A stretch of 64,000 bases of DNA from NCBI GenBank assembly GCA_030704615.1, contig CM060733.1, forward strand, positions 56,048,001-56,112,000, in the 5' to 3' direction. A program made the position numbers and the translations under genes. Under the pieces are notes generated by a model, which searched no databases, was not told where the DNA came from, and saw only the letters and a program-made list of their open reading frames with translations. The DNA comes from Takakia lepidozioides. Taxonomy: Eukaryota; Plantae; Bryophyta. This document shows positions 33,170 through 46,280 of this stretch, piece after piece; positions within the stretch are counted from its first letter, which is position 1; every line of letters begins with the position of its first letter.

Positions 33170-33215
33170 TGGTGACGTGGAATAGGAGACACGTGTCGAT
33201 GATTGACACGTAATT
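33170..33215 (+). promoter_or_regulatory. ACGT-core (G-box/ABRE-like) cluster upstream of J-protein gene 1
   Basis: TGACGTGG, ACACGTGTC and GACACGTA within ~45 bp, ~300 bp upstream of the ATG. Confidence 0.5.
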
Positions 33216-33482
33216 ACATTGACGGTATACTCGGGAGAGCCAGGCATGGCCTACATAGGCAGCAGCTCCCCGTTCTTTCTCTACTGTGAAGTTCTCGCTC
33301 TCGACTCCATCTGACTTGATCTCGAAGTACTGTTCCTTTTAGTGTGGGAAAATCTGCGTCACTCTGCCCTTCTGTGTCTCAAGTAGTGAGGATTATTAGC
33401 TCGGAAGAAGGAGCTGCAGTCGAGATATCTTCTTGATATTATAGTTTGCAACTGTAGTGGAGTGTAGCTGGAAGGTTGTTGT

Positions 33483-34199
33483 ATGATGGCAGTTGTGGGA
33501 AGTATGTCGAGCACAGAGATTTTAGGTGCGACAATGGGTTCAGCAGTGGGTGCTGGGATGCGGTCTGTATCGGCTGATTCGTGTGTGCGACAACCTGCGA
33601 ATCGTGTTGCTTCAAGAGTAGCGATGGGCTATGAGCTGGGACATGGGTCTTGCATGAGCTGTGCAGCGGGCAAGAAGAGTTCGTGTTTTACCAGTGCGGC
33701 CTCTCAGTTCTGTGGAGGGATTGTATCTCTTCAAGACCCAACAGATAAATGGTGCCGGCCTTTGAGAGGAGTGCAAGCCTCCACCGCCACCCAAGAGAGA
33801 ATGTCAGAGGCTGCAATCTCCAGCAGCAGACCCCGTCGAACTCTGTATGATGTTTTGGGAGTAAGCAAAGGAGCGACAGCGCAGGAAATTAAGACGGCAT
33901 ATCGACAGCTGGTGAGGCGGGTTCATCCTGATGTGGCTGTTGCAGAGCATCGGCAGGAGTCTACAAAGTCGTTTCTTCAGGTTCAGAATGCCTACGCTAC
34001 TCTCTCAGATTCTCAAAAGAGGGCGGCATACGATCTGCAACTATCATTACAAGCTCACCAAGCTTCCGGGTATGGATACAGAGGTCCCCCTTCTACGGCC
34101 ACCACCAACTGGGGTTTTACATCGTGTACCCCTCCACAATCTAGCACATCTTCCTCCCAGTGGAAGGGTAGAAGGTGGGAGACGGATCAATGCTGGTGA
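33483..34199 (+). CDS. Chloroplast small J-domain protein (DnaJ11/J11-like, type C), intronless
   Basis: Transit-like N-terminus, LYDVLGV..IKTAYRQLVRRVHPD..AYATLSD..KRAAYD, and C-terminal WETDQCW. Confidence 0.93.
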   Translation: MMAVVGSMSSTEILGATMGSAVGAGMRSVSADSCVRQPANRVASRVAMGYELGHGSCMSCAAGKKSSCFTSAASQFCGGIVSLQDPTDKWCRPLRGVQASTATQERMSEAAISSSRPRRTLYDVLGVSKGATAQEIKTAYRQLVRRVHPDVAVAEHRQESTKSFLQVQNAYATLSDSQKRAAYDLQLSLQAHQASGYGYRGPPSTATTNWGFTSCTPPQSSTSSSQWKGRRWETDQCW

Positions 34200-35859
34200 T
34201 GGGAGAGATAGGTTACGGAGCATTCGCTTTGCCCTCGTACAAGGAAAGGTGGAGTATTGTCCGCTAAAATGCTGCAATGACCTGTCCAGCTTATTTCTTC
34301 AGCTGCCGCATATCAGCAGCTGGAGTAGCGGGTCTATCATCTGTATATGATATTGCGAAGATGGACATTCGTCTAGAGTGTTGAGACTTTGTGGTATATA
34401 CATAGCAGGTTTTCAGCGAGTAATTATGATGCTGAACACCATTGAGCTATCATGCTGCAAGTAGGCCCCGATTCATCAAATTTGTGCAGGATCTGTGAAT
34501 TAGCTAGATACTAGACATGAGAGGCTGGCCTTCAAAAGGAAAGTGCTGCCCCGACTTCTGTACCATAGCTATACATGTACAAAATGTTTACCAGAGGTTT
34601 ACCATCAATGTACACAATGCTATCATCAATGTTCACCTAGAGACATACTCTATTTGCACGACCCCGCTGATAGCTGAACATTGTTGTGAATTAGTTTTCT
34701 CTTTTCTCTCGTTACGCATCTTGCAACATCACGTAAACAATTTGGTGCACAGAGAAATGCATGATACACTTGAATCTAAGCACAGAGAATGCCAAAGAAA
34801 GCAGGGAAGCAAGACAAACAGAAAAAAAAACCTTTTTTTTACTGTTTGGGGGATGGTCGCCATCTCTCCACAAGCCCAACCGTGCAGGGAGGTCTCCGCC
34901 AACACCACAACACTGCTACCTTAACCAAAGCAAAGTCTTGATGCCAAATGCCATCACAAGTTACCAATTACAACAAACTTTTGCCGAGCTTTACATTGCA
35001 CAGTAGCTGTTGCAGACTGGACAAAATCTATGGTATGCACACCACTTTAAACAGTAGGTAAAACAGAGGTGGACGTCAAAAGCAACAAATAGACATCTCA
35101 CCTCTTTACCAGCACAATCATTTAAATCATACTCCACCTAACCCCCTTATCGAGTGCTGGTCATAATCCCGGTCAAATCACAAGGACCACCTGCATGATC
35201 TAGCGACGACGGTTATGACCGACGACTCGCCTCGCTCGCAATGCCTTCCTTCGCTTACTTTGAAACTCAAATCTCCACCCTCAATTTGTGTATGTGTGTG
35301 CATATCTTGTGCTCAGATTTATGAGCTTGACCGAGCAGTTGGCTTGGATTGTCACTGCCAACCTCCCTGGGCGACACACATTGCAAATCGCGATCGATCA
35401 CACAGGAAGAACCGACATCGCAGTCGCCAACAACTTCGGGAACTGGCCCCACCTTCTGACGAAAAGGTTGACGCAGCTGCATTTCTTACTTTTAATTAAT
35501 TGTATTTATTGCCGTTTCTATTTACCAAAATGAATGTTAGTAAATGCCTGCTCTCAGTCGGATAAGAGGCGAATTGAAGCATACCACGTGCTCGGATCGG
35601 AGAGGACCAGCACTTCATCCAAAGATTGCAGCCCGGTTCATCCACCGCACGGGACGTTAAAATGGTCGTGACAGCTGTTCTGTTATCAGGGGTGTAAGCA
35701 TCGGCTAACCACAGGGTGACAGCTGGCCAACCTGGATACATGTACGACGATCTGGTATTCTGTATTTTTATATTTTTGTTTTTAGCGGCATTTTTAATGA
35801 CTGCACGACAAGTGGATAGCTTCGACATATGCTGGCGTGGGATACTTAAAGGACAGGTG

Positions 35860-35925
35860 TTGATGGATAAGGATCACCGGATAAGCTGGCCCGACTGACG
35901 TGTAATTCCGCCTGACGTGTAGTGC
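35860..35925 (+). promoter_or_regulatory. I-box (GATAAG) plus TGACGTGT cluster upstream of J-protein gene 2
   Basis: GGATAAG twice followed by CTGACGTGTA twice. Confidence 0.45.
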
Positions 35926-36097
35926 CGGCGGGGAGCCGATCGTGGGCATAAACTATTCCGCGCACCGTGTTGGTGTGGTGGCTGCGGTGGAAGTGACGGA
36001 GTGAGTGAGGAGAGCGAGGGAGGAGATCGAGAGATCAGTGGAGGGTTTGAGGGATCGAGGGTTTGGTGCAGAGATCTAGGGTTTTGGGTTTGGTTTG

Positions 36098-36718
36098 ATG
36101 GATCGTGTTGGTTTTGGAGCAGCGAGGGGGTACGAGGGGCAGGTTTATGGGATGGGATGTGCAGCAGCAGACAGGAGGTTGAGCTTTGCAACTGCGGGAT
36201 CTAGGTTCTGTGGTCGGAGATTTCAAGCTGGTTGTTTTGGTTGGGGGAGAGATGGAAGGTGGCCCCCAAGAGATGGAAGGTGTTGGAGTGTGAGAGGAGT
36301 GGAGGCCTCGACGGCGACGCAGGAGAGAGTGGCGCAGGGTGTAGTGTCGTGTAGGGCTGGAAGAGCGGTTCGATCTCTGTATGATGTGTTGGGAGTGAGC
36401 AAGGGAGCGACGGCGCAGGAGATTAAGTTGGCTTACCGACAGATCGCGAGGCGCGTTCATCCTGATGTGGTGTTGGCGGAGCAGCGGCAGGATTCTACTA
36501 AGTCGTTTCTTCAAATTCAGAACGCCTATACCACTCTATCGGACCCGCAGAAGAGGGCTGCGTATGATTTGCAACTGTCGTTGCAAGCTTTTCAAACTTT
36601 TGGTTATGGGTTTGATGGTGTCGCTCCGTTGACTACCAACTGCGGTTTCACGGTGACACCAGAGCCCAGCTTTCCCCAATGGAAGGGTAGGAGGTGGGAG
36701 ACGGATCAATGCTGGTGA
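36098..36718 (+). CDS. Second chloroplast small J-domain protein (tandem paralog), intronless
   Basis: HPD J-domain and WETDQCW terminus. Near-identical to gene 1 from GV(Q/E)ASTATQER onward. Confidence 0.93.
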   Translation: MDRVGFGAARGYEGQVYGMGCAAADRRLSFATAGSRFCGRRFQAGCFGWGRDGRWPPRDGRCWSVRGVEASTATQERVAQGVVSCRAGRAVRSLYDVLGVSKGATAQEIKLAYRQIARRVHPDVVLAEQRQDSTKSFLQIQNAYTTLSDPQKRAAYDLQLSLQAFQTFGYGFDGVAPLTTNCGFTVTPEPSFPQWKGRRWETDQCW

Positions 36719-37149
36719 TGGTGGCGTAGGGTGTGGGAGAATCATTTGTGCTAGTCAACTGGCTCCATACTGTGCTTATTGATGGAGCTTTGGGGATGTA
36801 GCGTGTGTACAGTAATTTTTTTGTGTATAATATGTGTAACACTGCCTAGAGATACATTCTTTGGGAGTTGAGCCTCTGTAGTACGCCTCAGATATGGAAC
36901 AGTCTTCTAGCTTGCGAGTTTGAGGCTCCATGAAAGGCTTGAATAGGGCTGGAAAGTGCTGTGGAATGTGCACTAGTTAGTTAGACATGAGAGGCCGACT
37001 CTGAATGGGGCATCTGTACCATTATTGGACACAATGTTCACTGTCAATGGAGACATGCTGCCTTGAAGATTATGGAACCTGTTGGTTATGTCATTGTTTT
37101 AGGAGCGTGATTCCCTCATGGAAGCTTTCTCTGACATTGGGTAATCTTG

Positions 37150-39150
37150 CTTATAATCCCGGAGGGTTGTGATTGGAGGATTGATCTCTTGAGAGAGATC
37201 ATGTACATGGAGAGGGGGAAAAAGGTGTGGCAGTAAGAGCGAGGGTTTCCTACAGTCAGATGAAGAATTTCATTTTTTCCACAGGAGGCCCACAGAAGTC
37301 AACTGGTGGAGGATGTTACTGGAGTAAGGTATGACATGGGATATAAAAAAGGCTTGGAAGGATAGAAAGTGTGGTATTATCTTCTCCCCTTTCTTTTTCG
37401 GTGTCCTATGAGCCTTTATGTTTGGTGCCTCGCTGCTCACATAAGAACGTCTGTGAACTGTGGTAGGGGGCAGCAACCACTGTAAGTATGCTGCGTGTGA
37501 GGTGGGTGTGCCCTTAGCCATTGTGTTCCCTTCTCCTTCGAATATTGTATCACATTAGCCTTGATATTTATCACTAAGGCTTCATGACACTTGTGGAATG
37601 CCCGAGCTCCCAGCAATTTCCACAGATGATTCAGGCTTTGAGTCTACTTTGTAGGTGAGTGATGGTGGTAGTAAGGTCCTCCCAGATAAGTGCAAGTCAA
37701 CAGCAATGCAATGTGTGATGCTGCGGGATTTTGCATGCACCTGTTGATCCTCTGTTGGATTCATGTGATGAACACCAGAACTGGAATGGAGGCCAGCTTC
37801 ACCATGCACTCATCACTTCCTTCCTCAGTGCCTGCTGGACTGATCCTGGTTTATGATGGATGGGATAAGTTGAACAACTCTGCCATCAACGTCCTTCCAG
37901 ATTTGAGAGAGATGGGGAAGCCAACCTCGCTATCCCTCTGTCGCAGAGGAGAAGAAGCACTTGTGTTGAGCTGTGACTGCCATACTCATAAGCAGGCAGG
38001 CTTAGCTGGAGCACAAAGTATTGTTTCATTGTTTCCTCATGTCACTGACGTAGAAGGAAGGTTGATTAGGAACTTAGAAAGGTGCCGGCCACAGAGAAAG
38101 AGTACATGGAATCTATAATTACTCTTGTTTCGACAATGCACAGAGACCCTGACTGTCAGTCACCTCAGCATGGGGTCTACTCCCCCATCAGCATCCTCAC
38201 AGAATCCAAGAGCTGGGAGAGGCCGATTTCACCGTCCTGCTGGTCTGCAGTAATAAGGAGAATTCCACCAGGAAAGCAAACCTGATTTCTCTGTGCGGTC
38301 TGAAAGCAGTGATACAGTATTGAGCACATACAAATTGCAGGTGAAAGGTGCGGTCTCAGTGCCTAAACCTGCAATTGCTGTCTTGGAGCAACCTCAAGCA
38401 TGAACGAGTTATTCTGCAATTTCATAGACTCTGTTCGATGGCATGTCTCACCCAAGCATGGCTGCAATTTGACAGGAGCGTCACAAGTGCATTTTTCATG
38501 AAACAAGCGTCCATTGACAATCTGGGAAAACTGTATAATGCTGCCCCACTCCTCTGAGCTATAGCTGGCCCACACCTCACATTAGCTTGGTATGACTCTG
38601 ACAGTTGGTGGTGGTTCTCATGTTTGAGGGCTGTTTGTTTCTATTCTACCATTTACATCAATATAAACATGTGAAGATTGCAAGTGCTACAGGGTGAACT
38701 TGTTCTCAGGATTGAATTGTATGCTAAGAACTGCTTATACTCGGCATTCAAAATCCAGTCGTTCGTGTGAGTAGTGTGGCAGCCAGCTTTTTCTTCCAGC
38801 CCTGCCTCTTGATTGCCTTCACTACTGCTGGCCATCAGCTTTCTAATATGGGGTCAGCCTTCTTTATACTTGTCTCAGACAGAAAATGCAGTGACTCCAT
38901 TGTTTCTAACTTCTGTTAGTGTGGCAGTCACCTCACATCAACATGAGGTCCAGTTTGAAGCATGGAACCTCTTGACTCACTCCCTGCCAGCAATCTGAGG
39001 AGGAGAAACATCGCTTGGTAAAGTGTGCCATTTCTGAACTTCGAAGCTAAGCAACCAATTGCTGATAGTAGGTGGGCCATTGGTCAACAGTAATCACTAT
39101 ACCCCTTGGGGGTGCTTTCTTATATCTGTGGATTAAGCCTATATCAGTGT
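37150..39150 (-). mobile_element. Highly decayed LINE ORF2 remnant
   Basis: Scattered broken peptides (PCFKLD.., GFPISLKSGRTLMAELF, ..GSSGIP) in L1 ORF2 order. Confidence 0.3.
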
Positions 39151-39638
39151 TGTAGAGCAACATCGACTGCTACCACGAGAATTAGTTCAGACAGAAGTTT
39201 GAAATTGTAAGAAATATCGAACTGCCTGCAACATTTCTTGGCCAGAAAATTGTCCGGCCTGTGCATGAACAGAAAATTATGTTCTCCCAAGCAGTCAGTT
39301 TGATTGATCGGCCAACTATGCTGTTCTAGTGTTCTTCTGCGGAGGTATGGCCGCCCTTTTGTGATCCTGCAGTGTGATTACCAGGGAGTCCATGATGTCC
39401 CACCAAGTTTGTTTTGCTCAATCGCTGTCGTGTTTTCTCAAAAGTACGGTTTACTCTCCCCCTCGGCCCGCTCACCGGGTCTGGTCCTTTGACCAAAAAG
39501 TTCGGAAAAAAAAATAAGGTCTAATGAATGCAATCCCTCTCGATCTCTGAATAGCCAGTGAAGCACAGAGGTGCACACAACACTGGTCCAAGTTAAGCTT
39601 ATATCAGGTTTTTCGTGAACTGAACACGAGCATTCTTT

Positions 39639-40700
39639 TCACATGGGTGTCTGACACGGAATTTTTTGTCCCCGATGTCCTCTGATAAACCCATTGCGTT
39701 GTCGAGGACGGCGTTGCCCTGATTCTTGTTCATGCTTATCTCGTGTAGCAAGCTTCTTCATACCTGATAATAGATCGCTGGTCATATCTCTAGGCACAAT
39801 TCTGCTGTAGACCCACCAGACTGGGCTTGACATGGTGATCGCGGGCTCACCGATGGGATTATTCTTTACGTACTCCTGCACACTCGCTGCATCCCGCAAT
39901 CCCTCCAAGTATGTGCGCAAGGACACGCCTAAGAAATTATCATCAGCGTCAGTCGCAGTATATGTCCGCGGAAAAATGGCTGTGAACGGAGGATTTCGGA
40001 GAGCTTTATAGGGAGAGTCATCAACAAGGAGGGTGTTGGAAGGGTTGTAATCTCCAGGCTTCCACTCTGCCCACAACCTTGACAGCTCCTTCAGAAACAC
40101 AGGTTTGTGCCTGTTGTCTGGGTGCCTCATTCCTGTATCTGTGCAGTTCGTCTGGTGCCAGATGAACGCAAGTCGGTGTCTCATGTCGTTCAACACAATT
40201 TCCACAAGCTCTCTCACTTTTTGGTCCTTTGCTGAAGACCAAATGCCCACATGGAAGTTTAGGAGGCAGAAGTCCAAAAACTGGTCACAGAATGGTCTCT
40301 TGTAAACGTAAAGCCGGCCAAGCTTGCAACTAGCGATTGCACCAGGTCGCTGCTCCTTCGGACGGTACGTAGCCACCAAGAGCCCATTCATGTCCAACAC
40401 AAGTAACTTCGTGCGCATGGGTGCCACTGCCCTTCTCCAGACAGAGACAACTCTGCTCTCTGTTGAAGCAACCTGCAAACTAGAATCCGAAAGGTTGTCG
40501 CCGTTCTCCCTCTCACTCTGCGCGATCGAGGAAGTTCCATATTCCTCACCGCTCCATATGCAAGTGCGAGTGGCTGCTGCGGCCGAGCAGGACTTGCGGC
40601 GGCTTTCGACTTTCGGAATAAGCTCGCCTTGTGGATCATCGTCTTCTGCTTTCATCAGCGTCCCGACTTCCTGCTGCGCTATACACGCAGCGATCTCCAT
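39639..40700 (-). CDS. NIF/FCP1-homology (SCP-like) HAD phosphatase-family protein, intronless
   Basis: KLLVLDMNGLLV, KRPFCDQFLDFC..FHVGIWSS, W.Q..CT.TG, KPVFLKEL..LW and NTLLVDDSPYKALRNPP.TAIFP. First in-frame ATG at 40700. Confidence 0.9.
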   Translation of the reverse strand: MEIAACIAQQEVGTLMKAEDDDPQGELIPKVESRRKSCSAAAATRTCIWSGEEYGTSSIAQSERENGDNLSDSSLQVASTESRVVSVWRRAVAPMRTKLLVLDMNGLLVATYRPKEQRPGAIASCKLGRLYVYKRPFCDQFLDFCLLNFHVGIWSSAKDQKVRELVEIVLNDMRHRLAFIWHQTNCTDTGMRHPDNRHKPVFLKELSRLWAEWKPGDYNPSNTLLVDDSPYKALRNPPFTAIFPRTYTATDADDNFLGVSLRTYLEGLRDAASVQEYVKNNPIGEPAITMSSPVWWVYSRIVPRDMTSDLLSGMKKLATRDKHEQESGQRRPRQRNGFIRGHRGQKIPCQTPM

Positions 40701-41246
40701 TCCCTCTCCCTCTCTGCACACAAATGTTGCTTCCAAGCGACCAAGCTTCGACCCGGCACTAATCTCCTCTGAGCTTCTTCACAGCGTTTTCCTAACAACT
40801 GGGACTCAACGGTCATCACTTGAAGTTATCCCACTAATCCGTAACCAGACGGAGCATTGAAGGAGACCCACATGCCCGATTTGTGGGAATGCTGGTGAGG
40901 AGAGCCATGATCCAACAACGTGAGCGAGATGGATCCTGAAAAGCCCTCAAACAGCCTCAAACAGCTTAATACATGCTCTCCACAAGGAATCAAGCCAGAG
41001 ACCTGGGCAGGTGTTAAGTTTGGCAGCAAGTTACTTTTCAAAATAAATTAGCGGGCTTACATACAATCCCGTCACAATCAAGGACATTCTAGTAAGCCTT
41101 CCCTCTCTCTCACTTCTTCAGACTAAGCAAGCGACCCCAAAACCCAAAAACCTGGTAGGTGAGAATCGCGGAATCTAGGTTGGGTTGGGGCAAAATCCAG
41201 TTTCACAAAATAACACCCAAAAAAAAAAACAAGAAGCCATTCGAGT

Positions 41247-43120
41247 TTGACTTACTTGGTCATTTTTTCTGGCCTCTTTACGGAGATCTTACTATCCTTC
41301 CAATCCAGTATATTTCCTTCTATTGCTGATGATATCCACATCACTGGCCCTCCCCCTGATATCCTTTTGGCTTTCCATCACTTTGCTACCCAACTACACT
41401 CTCTTGGGCTCACTGATCAATCTCGCAAATCCACAGTTTGGTCACCCTCTGGTCTGCCTTCAGATTTCGTGCCCCCTATCGACTTTCTAGCACCATCTGA
41501 GGGTATTTGAGTGTTACGTGTTCCATTTTATAGTACCCCTTACACAACATCTATCCTCCAAGACGCTTTGTTATACATATAGAGCTTCTTCCCAAACTAG
41601 GCGATATGCAGGTAGCCCATGGCATTCTCACCAATGTTTTTTACATCTTTTGCGTTGTTTCTCCCCCACTCCCCAGTTTGTGGAGCTTCTGTCTTCTTTT
41701 GATACGACTGTTAGGGGGTTTTTGGTCGTCTATTAGGCCCAGGTACATTTGATAGTGAACAGGGGCCTTGGCATGTTGTCAGGCTACCCTCCCGATCTCT
41801 TCTGGAGGAGTGGGTTTACTATCCACAGTCGTCACTACCCCTGCTGCCTTCCTAGGTAGTTGGGCTTTAGTCGCTCCAGCCTTGGCATCTCGGTTTCTGT
41901 GTCAACAACGTCATTTTCTCATGGAGGTGGTTGCCCACATCGACGATGGCTCTTTGTCCTTCCAGCAACATCTTTGTTCAGCGCGGGATCTCATCCCAAC
42001 ACCAGTACGGGCTTGTCTGCCACCCTTTGACCAGTTGGTCACTCAAGGTCTGGAGCATTTACAAGATACCATCATGGAACGCGTGCACCAACACTCATTT
42101 GCCAGCATGCTTTCCGACGCTCCTTCATATGCACATCGGGCCAGATTGTCTCGTGCGCAGGGCCCGGAGCAGGGTGGTGGCTCACGGTACGACCAACCAT
42201 TGCATCCTTCCGTATGTCTTCTGTTGTATTTACCACCTCCCTACAAGTTCGACTGGGTCTTCCGCATCCCTCTGTGTTAGGACTACAACAGTGTGTTTGT
42301 CGTTATCCTCTCGATTCACTCGGCGTACATCTTCTTCGTTGCCCCTACGGTGGAGAACGCACTGCGACCCATGACGTCGTCCGGGATGCAGCAGCTGCGG
42401 TTGCTCGTGATGCTGGGATACACGTCATTCGAGAGCATGTACACATACTCCCTTCGACCCACAATCACCATTCCACTCGACGACGGGTTGACATTGTTCT
42501 CTCACAGGACGGACTGCGTACATTGGCGGACATTGTCATCGCTGATCTTACTAGATCGGATCTCCTGCCCCGCACAACCTCATCACAGGGAGTTGCCGCT
42601 TCAGTAGCTATGCAGGGAAAGGAGCATGACTATCAGGCACGTCATTCCACAGACACATTCCTTCATTTGGCAGTCGAGATCTTTGGTTGTTTGCATCATC
42701 AGTTCAATGAGTTCCTTCGCACATGTGCCCATCGTGCAACAAAAAACAAAAGCCTTGGAAGTCCATACGGCTCTGTTCTTGTAGCTTTCTTTAGACAACG
42801 AGTTTCTGTTGCTTTGCAAAAGGCTCAAGCTCAATCTATTTTACGTCGAGCAGAGGTTGCTGGGGCGGCTTCATCTCGCCTCCCCGCACTCTCAGATCCA
42901 CCCTCTTTCCTGTTGTCTGACCTTCTTCAAGCTGTAGGTGATACTAGAATAGTTTGATTTCTTTCTTTGTGTTAATATATCTAGCTCTACGAGCTTTGGT
43001 TGCTTCCTCTTGGGGACAGTTACACCCATTTGTACAGTCACCCCACTTGGGTCTTTTTATAGAGCTATGCAGGGTTGTGTGTGTTTTAAGGCATAACTTA
43101 TAAGTGTCCATGTCTTCTAG
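41247..43120 (+). mobile_element. 5'-truncated, frameshifted non-LTR retrotransposon with restriction-like endonuclease (CRE-clade-like)
   Basis: RT motif SIADDIHI, thumb LP...GGVGL, zinc finger CVC..D..G.HLLRC, HDVVRD, RLE motifs RRVDIV..DIVI..K..Y..AVEIFG, and QRVSVALQK. The 3' end is approximate. Confidence 0.85.
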
Positions 43121-46100
43121 GTATCATTTGTAATTTCTAGGGGGGGAAACCCTACTAAACGAAACAAAAAGAGAAAGCAACAGATTTATTGTACATCCTA
43201 CAAATGAAGCGATCAGAGTGAGCTGACATTTAGTTAGTGATAGAACGATCATAAAAAAAACTAGGACCAAGACTACGACCGACTCATAACCAAGGTTTGG
43301 AGGCATTTTGCCTACGTGGCAATGTCTAATTTGTCCTCCACAGGCATGTCACCCGCCGTAGCCCACCACCACCTCGGTTATGTCTAATAGATGGTTGAGA
43401 GATTTCTTAGTAGGCTAATCTAAAGTGGTCCTGAAGTGATGTGGGTTCACAAGCTTATTGGCTTATTTCCAATTTGGTTGTACTAGGACCCTCTAGTCTA
43501 AATAGGCCCATTATTATATTATGCTTCTGTAACTTTATGTGCTTTACTGTGATGAAGGTGATACCAAAAACTGTAGCCCTGATTCCCAGCTTTCCAGAGA
43601 CCCTCAGCATCAGCGGTTTTTTTTTCATTTAAGAACTTGAGCCACGTCGGCTCTTGGTTGGCCTATGAGGAAGATCAATTGGCGACTCTGTGGCATGTGA
43701 TCTCGAACCGGTGGCTACTATCAAGAATGTTTGATGAGTTTTATGCGAACTCAACTTATGTAGTGTTCGGTTAGTGGGAGCGACATTTTTTCTAAGTAAC
43801 AACGATACTGCATATTGCAAAGCATGTGGTTGAGCAAAAATACCCTCAAGAGGAATTGACCCTCGGCCACAAAGACTCTGCCCACACTGGAGCACAGGGC
43901 GGGACCTACACAAGCAAACCACATTAGTGTACAAGAACAAACATAAATGAAAAAAACACCAGGAACACCTTAAAAGTTTCGTGCAGATTAGAACAAGGCA
44001 AAGAAGCCATGGAAACAAAGATAACCAGCCTAGCACAACTCTCTCACATGGATACAATCCATTGACAAATATGACTAGTTTTGTCCAACATCAGCAACTC
44101 TGCTCAAAGCCTTATGTGCCAATGCAAGAGGCGGTGCAAGTATGCTTAAATGGAGGTGCATGACATGGATACTAGGCGGATAAGCAAAACCTAAGAGTTC
44201 CCTACATAGCTCGACCCCTTGACGAAAGCGGGAAGAGTTTGAACCCAAGGCTTTGCTCCTTGAGCTCGCAGGGTTGGTAGGGTTTCTAGAAATCGATAGG
44301 CAAGATCATCTGGATCTAACAAACCCCAATGGCATGTGGCTCTTTTTCCTCTGCGCCAGCATACAGGTGACATCCTCATTACAGCGACATGATGGCATTA
44401 AGGACGGAGTAATGCACAGTGCCATATTTTAACCCATTATTCCTTGTAGATTTAGTGAGGCCAGTTTCTTCCTCGAAAAGTGGCGAAATTTCGTGCATAA
44501 AAAAAACGCTGCTCAGCATGATTTTAACAGATCAACACTTGAACTGTTATGAAGTTTACAAGAGAAGGGAACTAAAGCGTCAAGCGTCACCCTCACTTGG
44601 TCTCCGCCGAATGTCATTTGTAGCACATCAAGTGTCTTAAAGTCTGGGGCTGAGCTGATTAGCTCGCTGCGGCTGCCTAATCAATAGATCAGTACTGTTA
44701 ATCAGTTTCAGATCACAACAAATCTCTGACAAGCTGATGGGTACGTGTGTACCCATTCCAAAATTGAGATCCAGTCAACAAATGATGACCATCTGAGCGA
44801 GACGAGGAGAGGGCGATCATTGGAGGCTGCGGTCTCCGTGCATTCATGTCTACCACGAATCCGAGGCTTATCCGAAGCTTGCAGAGCTCAGAGAAGGCAG
44901 GGATCCCTGGCCTGCCATCTGCTGCTCCGGCTGTGGCCTTCTGTTGCCATAGGCTGCGGCTATGGAGTGGGCAGTATGCAGACGCCACGTGCTGCATGGA
45001 AGCTCGCAACCCAGCTCCTCTTTCTTTGGCACCCACACTGAAAAGCTGGGAATCTGTTTTTGGAGTGGGCAAGCATGGTACTGTTCGCTGACTACAGTTT
45101 TCTACTTCAAGAGGATCGGAAGGTGGTTTGAAGGTCTTCTGTGTGGGATCGGCCTGACACATTCCAGCCTCTCCGTGCGCTTGCTGACTACAAAGGGCTC
45201 GGACTTGCCGTCGTTCTTCTGTTTTGGGTTGCCAGTTTCTCTTCCTGTCTGATTGGGACCTTTCCAGAGAGAAGCGGAAGCTCTGGGTCATCTGAGCAAT
45301 CGTCAATGTCAGGTGGTTCATGAGCTGATCGTTGCTGAAGAATGACGTTGATTGCGATACCTTTAACTGTCTATGTGGCAGACAATGACGCCAGGTGCAC
45401 TTGCAGGTTGGGTTTGTTCTACCACTATTTTAAATTAGGTGCATTTTCTTGCAACTCCCCCAGTAAAGGTGTCGCCATAGCCACAGTTGATGTGTTTTTC
45501 TGGACTGTGGCAATTAGATACCTGCGTTGAGGTGTGTAATGAACCAATTCATCCCCTTTTCTTCAACCTGGTATTGTGGCTTTATATCCTTGCACCGGTA
45601 CTTCTCCTTGTGTAGCCTGAAAATTGTGTGAGCCAAGATGTTTTGTTTCCCTGAACGCTTGTGGGACCGGAAAATCGGTAAGCCGGGAGAAGAAATTTAA
45701 AGTCCTGTTCCTGCATTTGTGTCCTCGAGTTTTAGTATAGCATTGTAGCTTGGTAATTCTTCACACACCAGTCTCGTCTCCACTTTAGGTTCAGGTTAGG
45801 ACTCTTTGCACTGAGCATCTGCTTGAGACTCTTCAATAGATGGCAGCCAATCTTGATGTATTCCCAACATTTTCAGTAGGAGTCACCGCATGAAGCCACT
45901 TGCTCCGGTGCATAGCGGTCGAAATGGATGAAGGGGCTGCTGAATATGTCCAGAGATGATGTGCTAAATTTGTTAGGTTTTTAAGTTGTGGTGATGTGCT
46001 GAGAACTGCCTAACGCAACCTTCAGATGCATGGCAAACCACAATGCACTGAAGCATCCATCAATCTGTCAAAGTCATGTCTCAGCTGTATGCACAGTGTG

Positions 46101-46280
46101 TAGTTGCTCAGGAAGTGAAGCGGTTGTGTTGGTAAGGAGAATTTCATTCAGCTGCCGTTGAGAAACGCAAAACATACTTGCAGGTCACTTTTCCTGTCCA
46201 TCATGCTGTACTCCCCTTTTTGGACCACCACCAGGCCGACTAGTCTGTTCTGTCCACAGCTTTCACTGGGCAAGGCTTAC

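Noticed and set aside
40324-40860. 178-aa + strand ORF (and similar ORFs overlapping the NRL, J-protein and kinase genes)
   Set aside because: These are antisense or alternate-frame shadows of real coding sequences.
43140-43160. AAACCCTA telomere-like motif at the 3' end of the CRE-like element
   Set aside because: A single unit only, which is insufficient to claim telomere targeting.
44713-45321. 202-aa minus-strand ORF with ELCKLRISL, weakly like COX10
   Set aside because: No further UbiA-family motifs or exons were found. It is probably non-coding sequence upstream of the TMEM65 gene.
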